64,000 nt of DNA. Source: a virus. The position numbers were made by a program, and so were the translations under genes. Within the stretch, counting starts at the first letter, position 1; each line of letters starts with the position of its first letter. Positions 1 through 9,282 of this stretch are shown in pieces. The notes below the pieces were generated by a model. It had not been told where the DNA came from. It worked only from the letters and a program-made list of their open reading frames with translations, and made no database searches. The stretch lies in the IMG/VR virus record IMGVR_UViG_3300022902_000007. The stretch is one strand, 5' to 3'.

Positions 1-1
1 A

Positions 2-460
2 AAAGCAGCAAGAGAGCGGGAATCTCTGAGGAGAGACCAGGTCTATCCCAACAAGAGTTTCATTAGGACTATTCGCAATTGTGAAATCATAAATGTGATT
101 GGTCCTGAGGACGGGACAAAAGATCCTGAAGCCCCCAGAGAGCAGTACCACCTGTATGTTCATGTCAGGACTCCTACTGACGCAGAGCTCATTGTGCCTC
201 TGGCTGGGACACATCACGAGATCTATACGATTTATGGGACTCCAAAAGCTCTCATTGGCAAGAGGTGTACTGTAGAATACTTAGGAAGCTCGATCAAAGA
301 TGCTGAGCAAAGAGGCACCGCGAGGATTGAAAGGGACATGACTGCACGTTTTCCAGAATCCCGTCCAGTCTTCTCGATAATGGGCCTGTTGGGTATTGGA
401 TCTGGAGCCGACCATTCCAAACTGGGCTCTGAGTCCGACTTTGAAGGGAGCAAGTACTAA
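2..460 (+). CDS. 5'-truncated probable baseplate/spike-associated protein
   Basis: The frame of ORF 95..460 is open back to base 2. It lies just upstream of the Gp25-like and J-like genes; the product is inferred from context only. Confidence 0.4.
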   Translation, partial: KAARERESLRRDQVYPNKSFIRTIRNCEIINVIGPEDGTKDPEAPREQYHLYVHVRTPTDAELIVPLAGTHHEIYTIYGTPKALIGKRCTVEYLGSSIKDAEQRGTARIERDMTARFPESRPVFSIMGLLGIGSGADHSKLGSESDFEGSKY

Positions 461-801
461 TGAGTAGCGAAGCCAAACACTGGAAGTATGCATATAACAA
501 AGAGAAGACTGGCTACATGATGGTCTCTCCTCAGGAAGCACGCATTGGAGTTGGTGACAAAGCCTATATCTCTGTCACGGAAGACGGAGTGAATATCGGT
601 GGAGGCCAGCCCAGCAAGGTTGTTCTCAACACCATGTCCCCTATATATGGGGGTATCTGCAAAGACACTCCTTTCCCGATGTCCATGATTCCGGGGCCGA
701 TGAGTCCCCCCAAACAGCTCCCCAACATCCCTCTTGAACAGCTGTTACCCTTGATAAAGAACATCTCTTCAATGCTTAGTGCAATGCAAGGCCTGATGTA
801 G
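460..801 (+). CDS. hypothetical virion protein (baseplate region)
   Basis: TAATG overlap with the upstream gene; beta-rich N-terminus, Pro-rich C-terminus. Confidence 0.5.
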   Translation: MSSEAKHWKYAYNKEKTGYMMVSPQEARIGVGDKAYISVTEDGVNIGGGQPSKVVLNTMSPIYGGICKDTPFPMSMIPGPMSPPKQLPNIPLEQLLPLIKNISSMLSAMQGLM

Positions 802-810
802 GAGTTCAAG

Positions 811-1266
811 ATGAGCAGTAGAACTCGCCAAAGTGGAGTACGGACCAATGAAGCTGTGCAGGATTTGTTCTTTTCCAGCAATGGAGACTTCCGGCTTGGA
901 GAAGCTGGGGTCATGGAGAGGACTGTGGGCTATGACCATAGAGCGCTTGTCCAAGCGATAGTCAAGAGGCTGTCCAGTACAAAAGGTGACTGGGTCATGC
1001 AGCCTCACATAGGCGCCAGTGTTGGTGATTTTCTTGGGCAGGATAACTCAGCAGATACCGCTCGGCTTATCAAAAGCCGAATCGTTTCCGAGCTAACCAG
1101 AGATCGTCTTGTATCTGGCCAAAGTTTGAATGTACAGATCGTTCCTACATCCAAGACTGCTATAATGATTTTGGTCTTCGTGAAGACAGATGATCCTTCA
1201 CAGCCGATTGCCATTCAGCTCACGTATGACATGCGTGACAACAAATTAATCCCTCGTAATCTTTAG
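811..1266 (+). CDS. baseplate wedge subunit, Gp25/GpW-like
   Basis: Pattern QDL..NGD...ALVQAIVKRL.STKGDW..QPHIGA...F.G.......I...L..D is typical of the Gp25/W/XkdS family; directly precedes the J-like gene. Confidence 0.8.
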   Translation: MSSRTRQSGVRTNEAVQDLFFSSNGDFRLGEAGVMERTVGYDHRALVQAIVKRLSSTKGDWVMQPHIGASVGDFLGQDNSADTARLIKSRIVSELTRDRLVSGQSLNVQIVPTSKTAIMILVFVKTDDPSQPIAIQLTYDMRDNKLIPRNL

Positions 1267-1274
1267 GTGCATAG

Positions 1275-2513
1275 ATGGCTGATTTACCGTCTCTCAAAAA
1301 TCCTGTTTCGCTCTACAAGAGTATGCGAGAAAAGCTTGCTCGTAGAACTGGACTGACATATCTCGGTGCAGATTCTGCTACCCGTGCGATGATGGATGGG
1401 TTCATTTCTGAAGAGCTGGCTTTGCGCAAAGACAGTCGTGAAGCTATTCTCGCCAATCAGATTGGGAGTGCAAGAGAAGGAGATCTTGATGCACTTGGAG
1501 GAGAGCGTTTACCCAGACTAATGCCGACCTACGCTTCTGTAACTGTTTCGGAAGAAAATCTGATGTGGTATACAGACACTACCTTTGGGGGGATCAACGG
1601 CGGTGGCAGCTTTACGCTTGGGGCTGGGGAGATAGTCAGCGTACCTGCTTCTCCCAGCGGAGATGTGACGATTCAATACCTCTTGACATCCTCTTGTACT
1701 TGTGCAGCTGGTAGCAACATCGCTTATTGCTCTGCCAGAGCTCAGTCGATGGGGGCGAATCAGAATGTCAGAGCCAACTCTTTGACAGTTCACAGCTTTA
1801 CCGGTTACACCGATCATTCAAACAACAGTCTAAAGGTCACAAATGTGTATCCTATTCTTAATGGACGTAACAGAGAACTGGATGACAACTACAGATATAG
1901 GCTTAGTAATTACTTTCCCGTATTGGCTGGAGCAAATACTGACAAGCTGAAGCTGTCTTCTCTCAAGGTTCCTGGAGTCATGGAAGTCAGGGTAATTCCT
2001 GGATATTATGGAGTGGGCACTGTTGCCGTTGCGGTGTTCGGGGCTGAAGGTGAATCGAGTACCCCTCTTGTCTCTGAGGTTCAGAGGCGGCTTTCTTCGA
2101 TTCAGACCGGCGGTCATAAGGCCTTGGCGATTCCAGGGGTGCGTGTAGAGTTCGACTTTGATGTGAACCTGATTGTGTCTGAGCAACCTTCTGCAGAGTT
2201 GCGAAGGAACCTCACAGCAAATATCAGGAGAAGCATTCAGTCTGTTCTCAAAGATGCTGACTCGAAGTCTTTTGTAGATTTCGAAGCCATACGAAGAACC
2301 GTCATATCTCAGAACCAAGCACTCGTTGGCATTACGACTCGGAGTGCTCGAAACCGTGGGAACCTTTTTGACAAGGTCTACGTAAGAAGGTCTGCTGCTA
2401 CCTCTCTGTATTCTTCAGAAAGGGAGACGGTTACAACTTCTACCTACACGCTGGAACAAGACGAGTTTGCCACAGCCGGAACCATCAACATTACATTTGA
2501 GGTCAGGACTTAA
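1275..2513 (+). CDS. baseplate J-like protein
   Basis: A.EGDLDALG, G..QNV.ANSLT, V.N..PI.NGRN.E.DDNYRYRL and VPGV.EV.V.....G.GTV.V motifs of Baseplate_J/XkdT. Confidence 0.85.
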   Translation: MADLPSLKNPVSLYKSMREKLARRTGLTYLGADSATRAMMDGFISEELALRKDSREAILANQIGSAREGDLDALGGERLPRLMPTYASVTVSEENLMWYTDTTFGGINGGGSFTLGAGEIVSVPASPSGDVTIQYLLTSSCTCAAGSNIAYCSARAQSMGANQNVRANSLTVHSFTGYTDHSNNSLKVTNVYPILNGRNRELDDNYRYRLSNYFPVLAGANTDKLKLSSLKVPGVMEVRVIPGYYGVGTVAVAVFGAEGESSTPLVSEVQRRLSSIQTGGHKALAIPGVRVEFDFDVNLIVSEQPSAELRRNLTANIRRSIQSVLKDADSKSFVDFEAIRRTVISQNQALVGITTRSARNRGNLFDKVYVRRSAATSLYSSERETVTTSTYTLEQDEFATAGTINITFEVRT

Positions 2514-4090
2514 TGGCCGCTCCTTTCATCACTCAGCGTTTAGGTAACAAGTTTCCTCTGTGGACGAAGCTGCGCAGTGATCCATCCTCGTTTGGGCAGC
2601 GCTTCTACTCGACCCCTGCGGAAGAATTTGAATCCTTCAGGGCAAGTCTCGTCAAGTCCAGAGAGATGCTAAGATTGCTTTCTTTCTGTAACGAGCCAGA
2701 GGATGCCTGGGCAATACATCTTGATTCTGATGATGAATACCCCATCTCCCATAGCTTTGGGAAAAGAAGTGTCACATATCCGACAGTGACTGGAACTCTC
2801 TCTGGCACCGATTATACTTTGGTCAGAGCGTCTTACTCTGAGGATCTGTTTTATTCTTTTCCTACCAGACTGTCAGAAGGTGCTGCGGTATCTGTTAGTT
2901 TCGATGTCTGGGACAGCTCTGCTCCTTCTACATATGGAAGCTTCACGAGGCCAGAGCGTCTGTCTGTCTACATCAATAACAGTACTGACTACAAGGCTAC
3001 GGCTTTAGATGCTGGCTTTGGCGGGCAGTCTGGAGTGTTACTGACAGGCGAAGACCCAAATCATGTGGAGATACAAGAGTTTGTCCAAGTAGATGACGAC
3101 GGGGTTTATTTGACCAGGGAAATCCTGGATGCTTTGACAGATGTTCAGTACGATGGGTTTGACGGAGACATAGTAATATCTGCGGGAGCTCCTAATCGAG
3201 AGTATGTTGAAGACATGTTCCGAGTAGCTGTCCTCCCAGAGCTTGAGGGTCCTCTCAGGTACTCTCTCTACAACAGGTCTGGAGAGAACTATCTCAAGAT
3301 ATGGACTCCAATATACCTGGATGGAAGCGAGTACAGAAGAGACAATGGGATAGATGAGGCCAACGAAGAAATAATTGCCATACAGCGACTTCTTGACTCT
3401 GATGAAAATCCGATTGATGCCGTGGATCTCTGTGTGTCTCCATATGACACCCGTCTATACGTGTGTGATTCCAGTGGTGACATTCATGTTTATGATCCTG
3501 GCCTCTCGGAATTCACTCCTCCAGACACAGAAGAATCTTATCAGACTTACATAGAGTTGATTCCGCTATACAACCGTGTCGCTCTCAACGAGACCCTCAC
3601 TGTCTTCACTTGGTTTAGGGTTATGAGGGCGCCTGTTGGAAACGTGAGAATCTCTCGTGTTGATCCTGCTGGCACCACGACTTATTTACAGAGTGATCAT
3701 TCTTGGGGAGCGGCTTCATACTATTTCGCAAACACTGGTGAGCTTACTTTGCCAGAAGACTCTTGGAAAGACAAAACTTTCACAAGCACTTTCGATCAGC
3801 TTGGACAGTGGGACCTTTACCTCGAAGTGAACTTCATAGGCATGGGCGGCACTACTTATACGAGCCATACGGCGATAGTGTGTGAGAGTCTAATAGCTGG
3901 TGTTTCTCTTGAGACTTCCATCTCTTCCCCAACAGGATTGTTCTTCTCCCACACTGGAGAGCTCTGTGTGTGTGAGACTAACAGCTATACTCCCATCACT
4001 CTACATTCTGATTACTGGTATGCGGATGTGGATACTCAGAGAATGTTTCTGAAAGAGCAATATGATTCTGTAGAGGTTACATATGGGTAG
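2513..4090 (+). CDS. virion structural protein (baseplate region)
   Basis: 525 aa, acidic and beta-rich; translationally coupled to the J-like gene. Confidence 0.6.
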   Translation: MAAPFITQRLGNKFPLWTKLRSDPSSFGQRFYSTPAEEFESFRASLVKSREMLRLLSFCNEPEDAWAIHLDSDDEYPISHSFGKRSVTYPTVTGTLSGTDYTLVRASYSEDLFYSFPTRLSEGAAVSVSFDVWDSSAPSTYGSFTRPERLSVYINNSTDYKATALDAGFGGQSGVLLTGEDPNHVEIQEFVQVDDDGVYLTREILDALTDVQYDGFDGDIVISAGAPNREYVEDMFRVAVLPELEGPLRYSLYNRSGENYLKIWTPIYLDGSEYRRDNGIDEANEEIIAIQRLLDSDENPIDAVDLCVSPYDTRLYVCDSSGDIHVYDPGLSEFTPPDTEESYQTYIELIPLYNRVALNETLTVFTWFRVMRAPVGNVRISRVDPAGTTTYLQSDHSWGAASYYFANTGELTLPEDSWKDKTFTSTFDQLGQWDLYLEVNFIGMGGTTYTSHTAIVCESLIAGVSLETSISSPTGLFFSHTGELCVCETNSYTPITLHSDYWYADVDTQRMFLKEQYDSVEVTYG

Positions 4091-4964
4091 TTATACGCCA
4101 GATAGATATGGGCTGCCGAGAGGGCTTGACGAAGTTGGGCTGCGCCTTGGGCTGCCAAGACTGCCGGCCGAAAACAATACTGACTACAGAAGAAGACTTC
4201 TTCTTCAGCCACGACGACCTCCAGGCCCAGACTGGGATAGCATCTTCAGATCCATTGCACGGACAGTGGGGGAATTCGACAAGCGTGTACTCAAGATCGT
4301 TTTTGATACCGACTCTGATGGGGCGACCGTTGCTGCAGATCCAAATATCATAGTGTCTTCTACCAGACTATATGTCTATTCCGATTTTACGAGCTTGACT
4401 CTGGCTGCTACTCTGGATATCTGGGACAGCGATGGGTCTTACTTCTTGAAGGACGTATATGACAGTCTCTCTGCTTTGTCTTTTCTGACAGTTACTCAGG
4501 AGGATGACTACTCTGACTATCTTCTCTCCAGGAATCTGATGATCTCGCATGCAGAAGGCCACGTATATCGTGAGCTTTTGAGGACATCTGCTTGTAACAG
4601 ACTCCAGAACGGCTTGCTCAGAACCATTTCGTTTGACAACTACAATGCTTTTAGTAGTCAGAAAGATCTAAAGGCCGACATCTCTGATGATGGAGATTTC
4701 TATGTAGATATGGTCAATGGCGTTGTGTTCAGTCAGTCTGCACAGAGGGGTGGGGCTTATTATTCTTATGTCAAAAATCCATTCTACCTCTGGTGGCAGC
4801 CGATAAGAACAGAGCCTGCTAATGATCCGACTCTAATGCATGCCCTGATGGACAGCAGAATCGATCAGAGCGACGGCTCTTCCGAACCGTCTGTACTAAA
4901 TGGCTATGGAACTGATATAGTGAACAGAATTTCATCCACTCACCCACTTGGATGGGGAGAATAA
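4083..4964 (+). CDS. baseplate protein (P2 gpI/tail-formation-like N-terminus)
   Basis: LDEVGLRLGLPRLPAENNTDYRRRLL resembles the LD..G...G..R...E.D..YR.RL wedge motif. Confidence 0.6.
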   Translation: MGSYTPDRYGLPRGLDEVGLRLGLPRLPAENNTDYRRRLLLQPRRPPGPDWDSIFRSIARTVGEFDKRVLKIVFDTDSDGATVAADPNIIVSSTRLYVYSDFTSLTLAATLDIWDSDGSYFLKDVYDSLSALSFLTVTQEDDYSDYLLSRNLMISHAEGHVYRELLRTSACNRLQNGLLRTISFDNYNAFSSQKDLKADISDDGDFYVDMVNGVVFSQSAQRGGAYYSYVKNPFYLWWQPIRTEPANDPTLMHALMDSRIDQSDGSSEPSVLNGYGTDIVNRISSTHPLGWGE

Positions 4965-7480
4965 TGTCCACTTATGAAGAGTTGTCTTTTGAGTTCGAAG
5001 CAGTTGTTGTCAATTCCAATGATGGCGAGCTGCTCACTGGAATATATTCTTCCGAACACGACATTCCTGGCTGGCGCTGGGATAGACGCATTGTTGAAGA
5101 CCCCGCTACACCGTCTGCTTTCTATGGAGAGTACATTGGCGGGCACTCGATTGGTTTAAAAGATGGCCTGAGGCAATCCTGGTGGAGGAGTGGGACTCTT
5201 GGGAGCCTTGATTACTCTGGTTTGCAAAGCTACAGGTCATTTGATTCTTTTACTTGGACTCCAGTTTTTACGATAGGTCCATACAGTGTTCTTGCTGAAG
5301 ACAGGATCCTGTTTTCAGACTTCTCACATACAGCTCGTTTTAATACAGAAGACAATACAAACGGAGTAAATTACATAGAGCTCAGAGATGACTGTCTGGA
5401 CAGCACGATTTCTATCAATCTTTACGCCAGAGATACAAATCTCATCAATCGCTTGAGGTATGGTTTTGACTATGTAGATAGTTTTACAGGCGCTCTCCAA
5501 TATGGTGCTGATTCCAGACTCTCTACGGGCTCTGGTGATACTGTCTTGTGGAGTAATCTCTGCGACCGAGTCCAAGAGTATCGAGTTATTGATGGAGGCG
5601 TGTATCTGAACGGTGACTGGACTGTCACTGTCGGCGGATACTCTGGTGCGATCACGAATGACATCTTGGAAGATTCCTATGAAGACGCGGGCAGCGGAAA
5701 CTCCACTGGCAGGAGAGTCTATACAGAACTCTTCCCCATCCAGGATAGTTCTGTTAGCCTCTATGTCTCTGACGGGAGTTCAGTCGAGGAGTGGACAGAA
5801 GTCTCAAACCTGAATTTCAGCACTGCATCTGACAATCATTTCTGTGTGGATGAAGACCTTGGCATCATAACTGTGGGCGGCTATCAAGCCCCTGGCCTCG
5901 TACTAAAGGAAGATATTGATGAAGATGACGACGAGATCTTGGTTTTCCGATCCGAAGACATTGAGAGCTACCCTTCTCAGGGTATTATTGTCATTGGGGA
6001 TGAACAGATTTACTATGGCGAAAGAGGCGGAAACGGCTTTTATGACTGTATCCGTGGATACGGTGGAACAATTGCGGATCCACACATAGCCTATTCTGCT
6101 GTTGCTGATGTACAGCATGGAGCCTCTGTCCCCTCGACTTCTACTATATATGTAGGCTATGTTGCTGTTCCGAGAATCGAATACGAAGTGACTGATTATG
6201 AGCTCAGAAGCGCATGTCCGTCACTATCTCCGCTCAATTTGAAGCCTGCGAGCCGACTGAACTCGATAGGCATTGTCCAGGTGTCTGCTTCGACAGCAGA
6301 TCTGGCGGAGATAGTTCTTGAAGTAGACAGAGAGACAATCAGTTCCAATCTGTATGGGCCTCTGTACTTCGGAACAGATACTGCTCGCCTCACTGCTACG
6401 GCTTACGACTCCAGCGGGAACCCCGTTGAAGGAGTGGATCTAACAATCGATTTGGATTCTGGTCCGGGATACTTGGCCGGTGGTTTGTCCAGTTACTCTT
6501 TTGAGAGTAACTCAGATGGTCAGATATACGCCCTGTATTATTCTCCATATGACTGGGATAGCATTGGGCAAACGGTAACTTCGATAACCCATAGCGGCAG
6601 TGATACCCTCATTGAGGCTTTGAACCTACCCTCCGGGCTGTCTCCTTCTGATATTACTCTGTATCAGATCCTCAAGCATGATGCTTCTTCTGGAACTCAG
6701 GGCGAGAAGACTGAAGTATCTTCGGGATCCAACGACGGTACGCTTGATGACGGGACTATAGTCGGGGCATCTTCGATAATAATCGAGAATGTCTATACTG
6801 ATGCTGTCAGCAGATTCAATGGTGGATATGTCTACCTGCTTTGTGATGACAACGTCACTTACTATCGTGAGATAGTTCATGTGACTAATGAGTATGCCGC
6901 TGATGGAATGATAGACGGCCACAAGCTGTACCTGGATTCTTCCGTTCCAGGATTGGGGACGGGGCTTCCTGTTCGGGCTTGGCTAATGACTGCAAATGCA
7001 GAAGAGTTTAGCACGAGTTCTCTCAGCGGACTGCCTGTCTTGATGTATGAATGGAACGACAATGTTCAGCATCCCCTCACTGGGGCTTCGGGTGCTTTCT
7101 ATCCTCTCCTGCCTGACAGCATAGCTTCTGGTACCTTGACATACTCAGGACGGAGTCTGGCTGAGCCGGCTCCCTCCGACAGAACATCAAACTTGGGCGC
7201 TTATCTTTTGGTGACTTCTTCGATTGCTTCTTTCAGTGCCTGGGGGAAAGACCCAGTGTCTGGTAGAATAATTACTTCCAATACGGTTAGACTCAGGATT
7301 GATCTTCCTGAATATTTACGAGGCGTAGACTATTCAGGAGCCTTGCCAATCCCATATGGATTCACATTTATTTCTGAGTCGCACAATGTCGGGACTGGTC
7401 TTGGTGGGGCAAACTTCTTGACCATCAATCCAAAAGCTGAATATGTTAGCTTCTTCACACTCAACACGAATTTCGGTTAG
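4964..7480 (+). CDS. large virion protein with Ig-like (Big_1-type) domain
   Basis: Start placed at the TAATG overlap (4964). TARLTATAYDSSGNPVEGVDLTI...SNSDGQIYALY is an Ig-like group 1 signature. Confidence 0.65.
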   Translation: MSTYEELSFEFEAVVVNSNDGELLTGIYSSEHDIPGWRWDRRIVEDPATPSAFYGEYIGGHSIGLKDGLRQSWWRSGTLGSLDYSGLQSYRSFDSFTWTPVFTIGPYSVLAEDRILFSDFSHTARFNTEDNTNGVNYIELRDDCLDSTISINLYARDTNLINRLRYGFDYVDSFTGALQYGADSRLSTGSGDTVLWSNLCDRVQEYRVIDGGVYLNGDWTVTVGGYSGAITNDILEDSYEDAGSGNSTGRRVYTELFPIQDSSVSLYVSDGSSVEEWTEVSNLNFSTASDNHFCVDEDLGIITVGGYQAPGLVLKEDIDEDDDEILVFRSEDIESYPSQGIIVIGDEQIYYGERGGNGFYDCIRGYGGTIADPHIAYSAVADVQHGASVPSTSTIYVGYVAVPRIEYEVTDYELRSACPSLSPLNLKPASRLNSIGIVQVSASTADLAEIVLEVDRETISSNLYGPLYFGTDTARLTATAYDSSGNPVEGVDLTIDLDSGPGYLAGGLSSYSFESNSDGQIYALYYSPYDWDSIGQTVTSITHSGSDTLIEALNLPSGLSPSDITLYQILKHDASSGTQGEKTEVSSGSNDGTLDDGTIVGASSIIIENVYTDAVSRFNGGYVYLLCDDNVTYYREIVHVTNEYAADGMIDGHKLYLDSSVPGLGTGLPVRAWLMTANAEEFSTSSLSGLPVLMYEWNDNVQHPLTGASGAFYPLLPDSIASGTLTYSGRSLAEPAPSDRTSNLGAYLLVTSSIASFSAWGKDPVSGRIITSNTVRLRIDLPEYLRGVDYSGALPIPYGFTFISESHNVGTGLGGANFLTINPKAEYVSFFTLNTNFG

Positions 7481-7485
7481 AAAAC

Positions 7486-9279
7486 ATGGCAGACAAATTA
7501 AAGAGCGGGATCGTAGCACTTCCAGACTTCTCTGATGGTACTCAGCCCACCGCCAAGATGCTCAATTCGTTGGGTGATCAAGTTGAAAATGGGCTACAAG
7601 AAGTAGAGAAGGCGATCGGTGACATTCACAGTGAGTCCTATCCTTACAGTGGCAGTACAGGGACACACCTGACGCAAGTATGGGGCAAGAACCCTGCGAG
7701 TGGCAATGATCTGAGTAACGCGATTGAGCGTAGGCTGGACATTGTAAACTTAGCAAGACTGATTGGTCCTGCAGCGAACCTCAATCCAACTACTCTGGAT
7801 ATCGTTGGAAGCATTACGAATGAGGTCGTTCCTGTGAACTGTCATGAGTATCAGCTTAGGTACTTGCCGAGTAATACTCCCACATTCAGTGATGCTGCGG
7901 TGTTCGCCAATCCCGTGGCTGATCCTACTGACATCAGTGCTGCTGGTGACTACGCAGTAGATGGACGCAGTGTTCACGCTGGTTCTCTCATTGTCTTGGG
8001 GACGACTATTAGTTATGAGACGACCCCAACGCAATGGGGTCAGGGATCTTCGTATTCTCATGGCCGTTTCAATGTCATTCCGGATCCTAACCAGATAGAA
8101 GCTGGTAGCTCTGAGGTTTTGGGTATCGTCGGCCCAGATGCAAACAGCCGTTATACTCTGTCGCTTCCTGCAGTGAGAGTACAGCAGACTAACTATGATG
8201 GAGACAGCACTGCTCTCTTGGCTGCTGAGGACTCCAGCTATGACGTGCAGCTACAGCTGCCGCATGTTCTGACTGAGAATCTCAGTTCTGGTGATGTGAT
8301 ACCTGAGGGCTTCCTGTATCTGCGAAACCATACGAGTGGCGAGCTGTACACAGAGGCAACTTACTATTACAACTCCGAAACCTCTGTGCAGATAGGCGGC
8401 GTAGACCTCAGCGGAGCCGCCGCTTATGACTACTATTTGATAACTGTTGGCTCTGATATTACCACTGCCATTGATGACCTGCGGCAGAAGCAATTCAAAC
8501 ATTCTCACGATGGCACTTTCGGAGAAGCTCCAATAAGTATATTCTCTGTTACTGGCTTCACTCAGTATGCAGGATTCAGCGGAGCTTTCTGTTCATCGAA
8601 CATGCCAAGCAACTTTGCTCCTCAGTATCTGCACAGGGATGGTATCAGTGCTCTGGATAGCAACCTCAATGACCGAAATGGCATGAGGGGTTGGCTGGGA
8701 TTCATCTTCCAGGGTCAAGGGGCGGGTGAAGGTTTTGGTCCGGCAGCTCCTGGTCTCACAGCTACTTATGGTCTTTCTTTCGGTGACCCTACGGACACTG
8801 ATTTCAGAGGCCGAATCTACAAGAACACTGCAAACGAGATGCAGTATGAGGCTCCTGTATCTAACTTGCCAACGCTCGGTGTAAACCATAGATTCTCTGA
8901 TGGTCCTGTACTAACAGAGGAAGGCGTGGTAGCGACTGAACTTACTGGGCAGACGGCGTGGAAAATATGGACCGGAGAAGTAGAATTCATAAGTGTGTCG
9001 ACTGCTGTTGTCAGGACACAGTCGATTGCTGAGCTCTATGGCAAAGAGATTTATGAAATTAGTGTCATAGTTGATATTGACCCTGCAGTTGGGGCTGCAG
9101 GAACACCAGTGTGGCTCAGTCAAGGTAGTGGTTCAGCAATTGGCCTTGATTTCGCTTTCAGTGTATACGGATATGATCAGTCTATAGGCACGACTTGGGA
9201 TCTTGAAGTTGAGTTTGATGGTGCCGCCTGGAACGGCAGCACGCATGACGTCCGCTATGTAATTCGCTACAAGGACTAA
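7486..9279 (+). CDS. tail/baseplate structural protein
   Basis: 597 aa within the structural operon; HSHDG and QYLHRDG fibre-like motifs. Confidence 0.55.
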   Translation: MADKLKSGIVALPDFSDGTQPTAKMLNSLGDQVENGLQEVEKAIGDIHSESYPYSGSTGTHLTQVWGKNPASGNDLSNAIERRLDIVNLARLIGPAANLNPTTLDIVGSITNEVVPVNCHEYQLRYLPSNTPTFSDAAVFANPVADPTDISAAGDYAVDGRSVHAGSLIVLGTTISYETTPTQWGQGSSYSHGRFNVIPDPNQIEAGSSEVLGIVGPDANSRYTLSLPAVRVQQTNYDGDSTALLAAEDSSYDVQLQLPHVLTENLSSGDVIPEGFLYLRNHTSGELYTEATYYYNSETSVQIGGVDLSGAAAYDYYLITVGSDITTAIDDLRQKQFKHSHDGTFGEAPISIFSVTGFTQYAGFSGAFCSSNMPSNFAPQYLHRDGISALDSNLNDRNGMRGWLGFIFQGQGAGEGFGPAAPGLTATYGLSFGDPTDTDFRGRIYKNTANEMQYEAPVSNLPTLGVNHRFSDGPVLTEEGVVATELTGQTAWKIWTGEVEFISVSTAVVRTQSIAELYGKEIYEISVIVDIDPAVGAAGTPVWLSQGSGSAIGLDFAFSVYGYDQSIGTTWDLEVEFDGAAWNGSTHDVRYVIRYKD

Positions 9280-9282
9280 CCT